From Podospora anserina (Eukaryota), in contig CM030332.1 in assembly GCA_017654855.1 (NCBI GenBank), forward strand, positions 1,550,001 through 1,614,000: a stretch of 64,000 bases of DNA, read 5' to 3'. Made by a program: the position numbers and the translations under genes. The notes beneath the pieces were generated by a model. That model was given only the letters and a program-made list of their open reading frames with translations, did not search any database and was not told the DNA's origin. This document shows positions 35,642 through 47,471 of this stretch, piece after piece (position 1 is the first letter of the stretch; each line of letters begins with the position of its first letter).

Positions 35642-38387
35642 ATGGAGTCGTCAAGAATCTTCGTCAAGAACCTACCGCCGTCCATCTCCGAGGCTGACTT
35701 TCGCAAACACTTCTCGCTTCAGGGACGAGAGGTCACCGATGTCAAGCTCATCCCCAACCGCCGCATCGGGTTTGTTGGTTACAAGTCTCATGAAGATGCA
35801 ATCAAAGCCGTAAAGTACTTCAACAAGTCCTTTATTCGCATGTCCAGGATCGGCGTCGATCTGGCCAAACCTGTAAGGACATTTTGATCCCACCGTTCGA
35901 CAAGGCCAACAACTAATTGTCGTGCATCTAGATTGAAGCCGCCATCCCAAGATCAGCCACACAAGCTGCTCATGTCCCGAGCCGTGATGCAGCCAAGGCA
36001 AGCTCTCTCGTCAAGTCTGACGCAGAGCCAAGCGAGGATGACCCTAGCTCAAAGAAGAGGAAGCGGGACGTCGTTGACGAGGCTGACCCCAAGCTTCAGG
36101 AGTTTCTTGAGGTCATGGGTCATCCCACCAAGAAGGCTAAGGACGGAGAAGCCCTAGGGAGTGGCGCATTTGAGTCAGAAGCGGCCGATGCTATCCCCTC
36201 GGCTCTCATCGAGGGTGGTGAGAGTGACGATGAGTACGAGGACATCCCAGTGAGGCCCAAACGGCCAATCGAGGAGGCACCTACCTCGGCTCTACCTGTT
36301 GCCACCCCTGTCGCAGCTATCATCCCCCCCGCACCATCCCAACCAGCCGGGGACGCTGCAAGGGAAGTGCCGCAGGTATCCGCTGAAGCCACTGATGATG
36401 ACTGGCTTCGGTCGAGAACGAACCGTCTGCTGGACCTTGTGGACCCGGATGACCCCGGGTTTCCCGCACAGTCTGCTGGTGCAATGCCTGCCACCACTCA
36501 AACACCTCTGCCAGAGGCCCAAGTCCAAGAAACCCAGGAACCGGGTCTTGCTGCCGGGTCTGGTGAGAAACCTGTTGTGGCTCGCACACCTGAGGATGCC
36601 GTGAAGTTGATCCAGAAGACAGCTCGTCTGTTTTTGCGGAATCTCAGCTACACGGTAACGGAGGACAATGTGAGGGACCACTTCAGCCAGTTTGGCGAAC
36701 TTGAAGAGGTAAGCTTGACATGATTCCTGTTTCCTTCGCTCTTTGCAGTCGCCTTTTCATGATGAACCCCTGATAGGGACATCTTATGCAAAGCATATGA
36801 TGAGAACCTGGGCTCGGTATTTTAGTAGATGCTTCGAGATTCTGAAAAAAGGCCCGATTGTTGTCCTGCTGTTTCGCCTCTAGTGACACTCGACTCTCGC
36901 TAACTCTCTGGCAGGTTCATGTTCCGCTGGATAATCAGGGCCAAAGCAAAGGCTTTGCTATGATTCGTTATGCCAGTCCTGAGGCGGCGCTTTCCGCATT
37001 CCAGACAGACGGCACCGTCTTTCAGGGCCGCATCATCCACATCCTTCCCGCTGCTGCCAAAAGGGAGAACAAGCTTGATGAATACGCAATCTCGAAGCTC
37101 CCTTTGAAGAAGCAACAGCTGCTCAAGAAGAAGGCTGAAGCTGCCTCCAGTACCTTCAACTGGAATTCGCTTTTTATGAGCCAAGATGCTGTCAACACCG
37201 CCGTAGCTGAACGCCTGGGTGTGTCCAAGCATGAGCTCCTGGACCCCACCGACGCGTCTGCCGCTGTGAAACAGGCAATCGCTGAGACCACCGTCATCCA
37301 GGAGGCCAAGGCTTACTTTGCAACTCATGGTGTGAACATCGAGGCCTTCAAGTCTCAGCAGCGAGGTGACACGTCAATTCTGGTCAAGAACATCAAGAAC
37401 GCCACCATCGAGGAGATCAGAACCCTCTTCGAGGAGCATGGCTCCGTCCTCCGTGTGCTTATGCCCACAAGCGGGACGATTGCCATTGTCCAGTTCGCGC
37501 AACCAGCACACTGCAGGGCAGCTTTCGCCAAGAAAGCATACTCTAGATTCAAGGACGGCGTGCTGTACCTCGAGAAAGGCCCGAAAGGGCTCTTCGTCGA
37601 CAATCTGGCCCAGCCCGCAGATCGTCCTGCCGGTGTTCAGAAGGTGTCAGCTTCTTACCTGCTGGAACGCGATGACGGTGAGGATCAGCCAGAGACGGCC
37701 TCTCTATTCGTCCGCAACCTGAACTTCTCCACCACCACCGAAGGATTAACAAATGCGTTCAAGCCCTTGGATGGATTTGTGAGTGCGCAGGTGAAGACCA
37801 AGACCGATCCCAAGAAACCAGGTCAGGTGTTGAGCATGGGCTTTGGCTTCTGCGCCTTCAGGACCAAGGAGCAGGCCCAGGCTGCACGAAAGGCTATGGA
37901 TGGCCATGTGCTTGACGGACACAAGCTTCTGGTCAAGGCTTCCCACAGGGGTCTGGACGCGGCCGAAGAGAGGAGGCGGGAGGATCTGGCCAAGAAGGCG
38001 AATGCTCAACGCACAAAGGTGGTCATCAAGAACCTTCCGTTCGAAGCGTCCAAGAAGGACGTGCGCGCACTCTTCAGCAACTATGGAAAACTGGTTGCTC
38101 TCCGTATTCCCAAGAAATTCAACCACTCTTCGCGTGGTTTTGCTTTTGCCGAGTTCTCCACAGGCAAGGAGGCGCTCAACGCGATCACTGCACTCAAAGA
38201 CACGCATTTTCTCGGGAGAAGACTTGTGCTTGACTTTGCTGAAGCTGAGGAGCTTGATGCCGAGGAACAGATCGAGGCCATGGAGAAGAAGATGCGTGGC
38301 CAGGTTAGCAAGGTTGCCCTTCAGCAACTCACTGGGACAGGGAGGAGCAAGGTCAATTTTGGAGATAATCCTGAAGACGAGGCATGA
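35642..38387 (+). CDS. mrd1: Multiple RNA-binding domain protein Mrd1 (5 RRMs, 18S pre-rRNA processing); exons 35642-35872, 35932-36708, 36915-38387
   Basis: SRIFVKNLP RRM1, RLFLRNL RRM, linker FNWNSLFMSQDAV...AVKQAIAET, LSMGFGF, KNLPFEA and RGFAFAEF. Two canonical frame-preserving introns. Confidence 0.95.
36751..36853 (+). ncRNA. Intronic box C/D snoRNA, snR64-like (predicted guide for LSU rRNA 2'-O-methylation equivalent to yeast Cm2337)
   Basis: Terminal stem GCCTTTT/AAAAGGC; box C ATGATGA 36759-36765; guide GATAGGGACA (36772-36781) complementary to LSU rRNA UGUCCCUAUC; C' ATGATGA at about 36797; TAGTAGAT complementary to the adjacent rRNA AUCUACUA; box D CTGA 36842-36845. Lies in the 206-nt mrd1 intron 2. 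Confidence 0.85.
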
Positions 38388-39177
38388 GAGTGTAATGAAT
38401 AAAATTAATGTTGACGGTCACCTCACTGAGGGACGACGGATGGAATGTCTCAAAATCTCAACGGTCCCCCCCCCTTGCCAAGAAGTGTGTTTGCCCCTGT
38501 CAACTCTCGTTGAAGAAAACCCCACCCTTGTCTTGACAAACTTGCTTTCCTGTCTCGCACGTTGCTCACAGGCTTGGCCGTTGCGTCTGATCGATCTGTT
38601 GCTGTGTAGGGCTAATTTTGTTCTCATTCCGAAAATGAGCCCCTTCATCGGCCTCCCTCCCCGCGGTTTTGAGGGGTGCCGCCAACCGAGAGAGGGCACG
38701 GTGCAGGTCATATTCGAGCCGTATGTTTCCACGACGGCCTAGTGCCCTTGCGTGCCAGTGTTGGCACCCATCTTGAATGCAGCCCAGGACGGCTGACCCA
38801 GACCCAACTCGCTGCTTGTTTGACCCTGAAGGGGTATCCATCGCCCTAGGCAATGATGGGGTGCAGCAATAATCTGAAGCGAAGAACGGCGGGATGGGCT
38901 CAGTTGATCCTCGCTTCATGCAGCATCGTCAGAGGCAGGGACGGTGTCGAGCCCTCTTATAAGCTATGCCGCCCCCTCTTCATGCCTGTCTCTTTTGCTC
39001 TGGCATACCTTATATGTGATTCTGGCCCGCATCCTGACGAACAACCATTCCACTCAGGATTCCTTCCTCTTTCATTCGTTCTCGTCAGCGTTCCTGAGCT
39101 GAACAAGAGTGTTTGCCACCTGGGAGAGGTTTAGGTTTCTACACATTGTTCCCAGGTCTCATCCTCGGAGCTGAGCA

Positions 39178-42100
39178 ATGAGGTTTCCAGTCCTTCCCTC
39201 ACAATGCTATTCTACGTCGCCCGACGATGGGGTTGAGGGCCGCCATGGAACTTCGGCTTCACGACAGCCGCTTCGAGAGTCGACCGGGAATGCTCAATAC
39301 TCACACATAGCCTGGTACTCGGAACAGATTCGCCAGCTGGGTGCTGCCAGCGGTCTTGCTTCCATGTCTCCATCAATACCAACTCCGCCTATTGTACCGA
39401 CGCAGTCCTTTGGCCCAGACTATGGCTCATCAACACCGTCGGTCTACGGCAGACAGCAACAGCGGCATCACTACCAGGGGCACCGGGTAACCAATTTCAG
39501 GAGAAGGCAATTCGAAGAGAACCCGTTGATTCCGCTGCTCCCGGCAGCCTTTCAGAACTACAGGAAGAAGCAGGCCGACAAGACAGACCAGAAATGGACC
39601 GATGTGTTGGAATGGGGCTTCATTGACGGTAAGTCCTATCTTCAACACGAGCAGTGTCTAGTTTTGTTTGCTAAGAGGTTGTCATCAGCGCTGCTGCTTA
39701 TCCCCCAGATGAAGCGCAGGAAATATACCATGAAGCAGACACAGTTTGGGCGGAACATGCTGATCGGGGAGTATCTTTGGATCTACTACCTGCAGACCTT
39801 ACCGCCAGGGACCGAGGCAGAATGCAACCTCGTGAGGCACCGAAAGCAAGTGTCGAGCCACATCCAAGTGCTCAAACAGTTCTTCGCAAACCACCGTTGT
39901 TGTAAGTTGCACGTTCCCATTCTCCCACGTGGCGGATCCCTTTGTTCGGTGCGGAAGTGCTTGCATAACCGCCAGAAAAAGCAAGCGGCTGACAATGGTG
40001 GCTCCCTTGGCTCATCCCTACAGTCCACTTTTTCTTCAACAGCCGCAACGATGAAAAGGACAAGGACAGCATCGAGACGATTTCCCTGAAGAACAACCCC
40101 GTCTTGATTGCCCTGTCCGAAGACCGGCTCCCTGACGAACGGCCAAACTACGAGTACTTTGCCGACATCCTTGCATTGAATGAACAGGTGACTGCCCGAC
40201 CCAAACGATGCTGGATTTTTGTGTCACACCAGGGCGTTTCGGTGAGGGAAGATGGATCTGGCTTTCTCCCTTCCACTGGCGACAAGCTCGATGAGAACGA
40301 GTATCCCCACCTCGCGCGCAACCTCGAGAGGGAGACGTGGCTCAAGGAAGAGCAGCAGATCTTCAAGGGCGCTCTGCTTCACGAGTTCACCAAGGAGATG
40401 CAGCAGATTGAGTCGACCAGCGTTAACGACCTCGGGCGGAAATGGGAGACTTCGTTTCCGGAACTGCATCAGAGACTACAGGGCATCTGCGATTCGACCA
40501 TAGATCAGCGGTGCACCATTCTGCACATGAATGTCACCCTCGAGCTCAAGGAGAAGCGGCGGTTTCCAAGCCAGTCGGAGCTCAACTCCTGGGTGGAAAT
40601 CAACATTGAGCAGCCACGTCTACTGAGCCATCGGTGGAAGGTGCACACGCGCTTGGTGAGGCCAGCGGAGCTGAGCTACTCACACGAGAGCGCGAGCCCT
40701 GAGACCATGTACGAGACTTCGGCAGAGATCGCTATGCAATATCAGCACCGCCCAGGGTGTGAAGGTCCTCGGCCTGATGGGCGGGCTCACTGTGACTGCA
40801 TCGCTCAGCGACGTCACCGTGACTCTGTCACTGTCCCCTTTCCAGCTGATATCTGGGCCAGCACACTGACGAACTGTGCTGAATATCCAGCCCATTCCTT
40901 CAGCGACGCCGGCAAGAATGGAAAGCGAAGGAAGGACCTCAACGTCAAGGTCGAGGAGGAGGGCGAGGAAGGAGGCAAGCCCAACCGCCGAGGCAAGCCG
41001 CTCACACAGATGGATCTTGTGCCCAAGATTGCCATGATGCAGGAGATCTGGTCATGTCCCCCTGATGCCCCACACTATGGCCCCGAGCCTCAAGGGAACG
41101 GCTCAAGATCCCAGCGATGGACTCGACGAGCAGTGATTGTATGGACTTTCAAGACGATCCACAGCGAGGTAGATGGCAAACTCAACACCGCGCAGAGCGG
41201 CAGGACAGAGTGGCGCTATCTCACCATCCTCGACCCAATGAGCGAGGAGCACCAACAAAAGGCCATCATCAGTGGCAGCAGGAAGAACTCTGCTGTGTCT
41301 GACTATGCGGATGGATATTCATCCAACCACGTCCGTCCTGTCTCCCGGGATGTGGTCATGTCCCCCAGTCCCACATACCAGCAGCACTTGACCGCGAGCA
41401 TGAGCGAGAACTTTTCGTCAGCATGGGATACTCCCACCGGGCTCAACCCCCTTTCCACGTCAGCCACGCAAGCCTATAGCGCTCATCTCATGGCGCCCAG
41501 TCAGTCCCATGTGTCAGCCATGCCCGGCTACAGCCCCCTCGACAGCTTCAGCAGCCACCGCGCTCTCGCCACCCCTCCCCCAAGTGCATCCCTCCCCACA
41601 TCTTTCACTCACAACTTTGACACCACATCTACCCAACCTGACCTCATGCCAAATTACATGTCCACCCACTCCGTCACCACAACAACTGCCGGACTGGACG
41701 CCGACTCGGCACTCAACACCCTCGCCGCCGTGACAGACCCCTTCCTCACAAACGGCAACTCCTCCTTTGGGTATGACCAATCCCACTGGTCAACCTCCAA
41801 TACCTTGACCAGCTCGAGTAACGTCTGGTCCCAGCCTTATCAATCAGCAGCATCAACATACACCCACTCCCCCTTGGCCCCCTGGCCAAACCACACCCAA
41901 CCCACCCCATCCCACAGGGGAAGTCTCTATGATAAAACCCACAGCCATGTGCAATCCCAGCCCTGGATCTCCACCGCTGTTGCGGGGGGTGTCACCACCA
42001 CAGCCGACGACCACGACCTCTGGACCCCAGCCACGTCCACGCACACTCCCTTGACGACCACCGCGCCGGCTTTGGGTCCTGATCCCATCACAGCTGGGCA

Positions 42101-42479
42101 GCATGAATCTCAGGACACGACGGACTGGAACCAGGTTACTACTGGTAACGGCACCAACGGCAACTCCCAGGAGACAGGGGAGGAGGAACTGGGGCAGAAC
42201 TGGGAGGAGATTTGGCCGCCTATTCCGCTCAACTTGACTGCCCCGGGCGCTCAGCCCGAGGCGGTAAACTCTCTGACAACGGCAGGGGATACAGCGGCGC
42301 AGAGGTTGGAGAAGGCCGCTGCTGCTATGGAGATGCCGGTGATGGGTGGCCATACCAACGGCAATGGGGCGGTGGTTGGTGAAGAGAGGAAGAGCCTGAA
42401 GAGGAGACATGAGGAGGGGGATGAGGAGGGGGATTTGGATTCGGGTGAGTGGAGGAGGAAGAGTTTTAGGCAGTGTTGA
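39178..42479 (+). CDS. abaA: TEA/ATTS-domain transcription factor, AbaA-like (exons 39178-39628, 39689-39901, 40024-42479)
   Basis: After splicing: QKWTDVLEWGFIDALLLIP...FGRNMLIGEYL...RHRKQVSSHIQVLK, the TEA signature. Introns 39629-39688 and 39902-40023 are GTAAG...AG. Confidence 0.85.
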
Positions 42480-43214
42480 TTTTTCTTTTATTTGATTTTT
42501 TCAGCCTTCTGCATGTTAGTTAGTTTTTTTTTTTTTTTTTGGTTTTTTTTTTGGTCCGGTTGGCTGGTTGGCTGATTATTCTCTGGCGTTCCCGCTTTGA
42601 TCCTGGGCGGTCCTTTTTCCTCTTTTCTTTTTCTCTGGGAACTTGGCCCCTTGGCTATGCTTTTTACTATCTTCAGGGGACGACATACCTTACCTTTTTC
42701 ACGTCTAATGATGGGTCATCTTATTACCTAAAGCTATATCATGTATCATGATGAACGAAGAAGCGAAGCAAGTTGGGATAAGTAATTAGCTCACGTATTA
42801 TCGCCTTGCCCCCAGACCCTTCTAAGGGTATTAATGGGGGCGGATGATGATAATGAAATCATTAAAAAACAACCAATACCTCATAAGTGACAACCCTGCA
42901 CAGTGATATATGATCAACCTTGTGTATTCAATCTTGTCCTCAATTTTTAACTGAATTCCAATCCCATAACTCCACCTAATGCGATGCAATCAATGCAATT
43001 TACCCTCCCAAATACCTTAGCAAAAGAAAAATTTCGATAACTAAACTAGGAAAGAAAAAGACAAAAGAGAGTAGTGGTATATCCTCCATAAGCCATATCC
43101 CATCCTTCATGACATAATCCCATCAAAGCTGTTGCGTGTGCGTGTGCTCATTCTTTTTATATGTCCAAAAGATTTCACCCAAAAAAAAAAAAGGGGGGGG
43201 GGGAGTTACACCTC

Positions 43215-44801
43215 CTAACTGGCTGTGGCGGTGGCGGTGGAGGCAGTCGCCGTCTTGGGAACTGTCACTGTCACGAAGCTCGTGGGTATAGTCACGGTGA
43301 CGTAAAAAACGCCGTCTTCCCTGCCTGGATTGGAACCAGCACCATCTGTTGGTTTTGGTGATGTGGTGCTAGTTTCAAGACTGCTTGATGGGCTGGGAGC
43401 AATAGTCTCAATACCCTCCGTAGGCTTTGGCGCGATAGAAGAAGAATCAGCTCCATCCGTAGGTGTTGGTACCGTCGGGGAAGAAGTCGGTGTTGTCTGG
43501 GTCTGAGTGGGAGCCACAGTAGAGGTCGGCGGCGCCGGTCCGTCATTCTCCTCCTCCTCCTCCTCATCATCATCATCACCCTCAGGCACCGCCTCCTCCT
43601 CAAGATACCTCCTCTGCCCGTCCAAAATCTCCATCGAAAACGGCACCGGCGGCTTAGTCTCCTTCCCGATCAGCCCCGCAAGTGGAATATTCGCCTTGTC
43701 GACACTCACCCTCCCCTCTCGTGTGCCAGGAAAGAACTTTGCCGAGGACCTGTTGCTACCGCCGAACCCAGCCTGGGGTACCTTCACCATAAACGGCTGG
43801 ACCATCTGCCTCTGGATACCACGGAACTCGGCCGGCTGCTTCGAGTCAAACTTGACCCTGTTGCGGAAACGCTTCTTGCTGTTGAGGATACCGCTAAAGG
43901 GGGAGGAGGACTTGCCGCCCTTACTGCAGGTGGGCCCTTTGACCGCACCCAAGGAGTCGTCGCAGGGGTCGACAATTTTGTAGTCGACGACGCCGGTGTA
44001 GATCTCGGGAACGGTGACAAAGTACTCTCCAAAGTCGGAAGAATTGGCGTGGAAGCTAGCTGGGGGGACGGCAGCGCCGGGCTTGTTCATGTCGGGCCAG
44101 TCCCAGATCCAGAGCACGGTGAGAACATCGCCCGGCTTGGCGTCGAGGGGGATTTGAAGGTCGGACTGGCATCTCAGGGCCTCGGACTGGGTGATTTCGT
44201 CCTTGCGGTACCTGGAAATGCCTTCCGGGTCGCCAGTAGCTGGAATAGGCTCGTGGCACTGGCCGTCGTCGTAGTTGCGGGTGGCGAGAAGACGGCCCTT
44301 TCCGTTACCACCTTTGCCATCGGCGGTCCAGGTGTGGAGGACATCGGTCAGGGTTGTTTTGGAAAGATCGTTCTCGTATGTGCCATAGAGGTAGATAGTG
44401 CCGCGGTTGATAGGCTTGTTGGGGTTGGCGCCATCAGCTCTGGTGACGTGGCCGTTCTCGAGGTAAAAGATGGAGACAAAGTCACCAGGAGCGACCTTGA
44501 GCATAGGAAACTTTTCAGAGTAGCTTGAGCTGCCGAGTGGGCCTTGGCTTTTCCTGACGATGGGGTGGTCGTGCATGATGAGCTTTCCCGTCGATAAGCC
44601 ATTTGGGGGAAGGAGGTAATCGAATTGCTCTCTGGGGTTCTCCCGATCAATATGAGCTCTGTCGAAGCCCTCCTCGCCGATGAAGGTACCGTTAGTAGCG
44701 ATACGACGGGTCGATTCTGGCCAGGAGTGGCCTTTTGCTGTCTCGAAGAGGGCGAGGAGTGCTGCGGTCAAGAGACCGCTTCTTGGCGATGTTAACCTCA
44801 T
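43215..44801 (-). CDS. Secreted protein with predicted N-terminal His after the signal peptide (LPMO-like candidate), acidic stretch and S/T/P-rich tail
   Basis: MRLTSPRSGLLTAALLALFETAKG|HSWPES; internal YLENGHVT, VLTVLWIWDWP and PEIYTGVVD; four Cys; D/E run followed by a mucin-like tail. Confidence 0.8.
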   Translation of the reverse strand: MRLTSPRSGLLTAALLALFETAKGHSWPESTRRIATNGTFIGEEGFDRAHIDRENPREQFDYLLPPNGLSTGKLIMHDHPIVRKSQGPLGSSSYSEKFPMLKVAPGDFVSIFYLENGHVTRADGANPNKPINRGTIYLYGTYENDLSKTTLTDVLHTWTADGKGGNGKGRLLATRNYDDGQCHEPIPATGDPEGISRYRKDEITQSEALRCQSDLQIPLDAKPGDVLTVLWIWDWPDMNKPGAAVPPASFHANSSDFGEYFVTVPEIYTGVVDYKIVDPCDDSLGAVKGPTCSKGGKSSSPFSGILNSKKRFRNRVKFDSKQPAEFRGIQRQMVQPFMVKVPQAGFGGSNRSSAKFFPGTREGRVSVDKANIPLAGLIGKETKPPVPFSMEILDGQRRYLEEEAVPEGDDDDEEEEEENDGPAPPTSTVAPTQTQTTPTSSPTVPTPTDGADSSSIAPKPTEGIETIAPSPSSSLETSTTSPKPTDGAGSNPGREDGVFYVTVTIPTSFVTVTVPKTATASTATATAS

Positions 44802-46616
44802 GGTTGGTCTGTCGTTTTCGTCTGGTGTATAAGCGGTTCGCGGAACAAACTCGTAGTGAGACAAACTTCGAGATATGTTGAAAAAGCTGAGTGTTCAAGG
44901 TGTTGTAGTTCGTTGCAGTGTTCGTTGTGTCGGTAAGGAAAGTTCGTAAACCGGAAAGAATTCCGACAAGAGGAAAAAAGGATTAGAATGCTTTAGTATC
45001 CTGGGATAGTCGAAGCGGCCAGCGAGCACAATAGCAGTCAGACCAGCTGGCTTTGTGTTGAATAAAATGAGGGAAATGGCGCCAACAATGGGTTATAATT
45101 CCATTGTCACGACCAGCGTCAAGGCCTTGTCAGGGACAACAAAGGAGAAGAACAGCGGCTTGGTTGCGCCGCCACCAACTTGCAAGTCGAGAAGGAAGGT
45201 GCTCCTTCTGATAACGAAGGCCAGTGAAGCTGTTGGCGGTACAATGAAGTTGGCGATAGTTCAAAGGTCAGCAACCAAGGTAGTACTCCGTGACCGTGAT
45301 CAAAAGACTTAGAAAAGATACCCAAAAGGAAATATGACGAGAAAATAGAAGAGTAAGAAAGTTGGGGGCTGCAGAAGGTAGATATCAAATTACCCCGACG
45401 TTTGGAACCTTGCGGCAAAAGTACACATGTGAGTTGCAACAAAGGTGAGAGAAACAAAGGACTTGTTCCATGTGGCCGGGACGGAGAGTAAAAGGGACCG
45501 GCAGCATGGCACTACCACACAACACAGACGCGCAAGCAACGGAAGTTATCATCAGACCGCAGACTCTCCAGGGCCATCTCGCGCCGGAGTCAGCAGGGGG
45601 TCGTGACCAAGAAGTCGAGGAAACAGACGAAAAGCGACGAAAACGAACGAAAAGAAGGCCTCAGATCAGGTTGGCGAGATGAGCAAGAAACACACTTCAT
45701 TCGATATGCCGGGACGGTCATGTTGCAGCCCAGAGCAGCGGCAGGCGCTGTCTGTCCACGTCCCATGTCGTTGCCAGCGAGGAAGGTGAACCATCTCGAT
45801 GTATTGGATGGTGTTGCATCGAGGCTCTTTGTAAGGCGACAAGTACCTCTGCTGCAAAACCAGTAGGAAAAGTGACTTGCCAACGCAGGGGCCACTTTTG
45901 TAGACACAAGGACAGCCACTCGAACCATCCACTCGCGGCAAAGCTCAGATTGGCGATGGTGAAAAGCGGGTCTGAGCGGTTGCAACTTCAAGAGCCGAGC
46001 TGCGAGTGATTGGATGCACACCACCACACTGGAAACACACTAATGCCCTTTGGTACCACAGAATATCATCAAGCGCGCTGCCCTTGTTCTTCCCATTTTC
46101 TTTCATCTTGCGATGTTGCACAGCGCGCTACGAAACAACGTTCCTTTGTTGTCTATTTTAGCCCTTTTGCCGCTTGCCGCCCGTCAAAGCGAGATTGGAA
46201 CTTTCTTATTTATGACTCTCCCCGAGGCGCTGGATAGCACTAGACAATTTGCCTCTTGGTCTTCTTCAGATCTAGACTGCCGCTTTCCCCACGGATGAAC
46301 AGATGACAAGCATTGGATTGACAACTTTGACGGAATCAAGCTTCATTCGCACAGACACACGACACCAAAGAAACGGTTTTATCCGCAGCCAGTCGTTGAT
46401 CTCTGCCAGGGTTTATCTGCCATGTCTCACCACCACCCCCTGCCTGTCATGCGCTCGTCAATGTGTGGAGTGGAATATCACCCGGTATGATCTCCCCTCT
46501 GCCGTCTATTTGACGACACTTCTCCCTTTCAATCTTGGCTCTTTTTTGCATTGATGTAAAAGTTTTCTATTGTTGGCAATAGGGCACTCGTCATCCTGCT
46601 TCTAAACACTCCATCT

Positions 46617-47471
46617 CTACATCTCTCCACACTGAGCGATAACCACGTCCAGGTTCGGCACATCCTTCCCCTTGTATCCCGTTTTCGTATTCTCCATTTT
46701 CTTGACCACATCCATCCCATCCACCACCTGCCCAAACACCACATGCTTGTTGTCCAAAAATGGCGTTGGCACCGTCGTGATGAAGAACTGGCTGCCGTTT
46801 GTATTTGGCCCTGCGTTCTGTTTTCATGTCAGCCCTTCACTTCACCACCAGTATAAAAGCAGGGCGACACCTACAGCCATACTCAACAACCCAGCCTTAT
46901 CATGCTTCAGCGTAAAATTCTCATCCGCAAAGGACTTGGTCCCGTAGATACACGTCGACCCGGTGCCATCCCCATTGAGGAAGTCACCGCCCTGGCACAT
47001 GAAATTGGGGATGATTCTGTGGAACTTGGAGCCCTTGTAGCCCTGGGGCCGGTTTTGGTTGTTCTTGTGCTCGCCGGTGCAGAACTGGCGGAAGTTCTCG
47101 GCTGTCCTGGGGACCATATTGGCAAAGAGTTCGAAGGTGATGCGGCCGAGGGGTTCACCTGGTGAGTGGGTCAGCACAAGCACTCAGATGGGACGAAAAG
47201 GAAGGGACAAGTACCGCCAAGAGTGATGTCGAAGAAGACGCTGGATGAGAGGTCAGTATGGGTTCAAATGTGAGGCAGTGAGTGGAGGATGGGGTGGAAG
47301 GTTGTCAGATTCCATGGATAACAGGCGTGGTAAGGGTTCACCATCATGACATGAGCTTCAATGCTCAGCCACCGCTTGCAAAGAAACCCAGTGAATGGTG
47401 AGGAAAGTGGAAACAAAAAGAACATGGACTTACAGGGGATTCCCCGACGCTGGGAGTACAGTCGGCGGCAT
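46617..47471 (-). CDS. Cyclophilin-type peptidyl-prolyl isomerase H (spliceosomal PPIH-like); exons 47471-47434, 47240-47215, 47158-46875, 46817-46617
   Basis: [67 protein letters not shown] and LDNKHVVFG, ending CGEM*. Three canonical introns. Confidence 0.92.
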
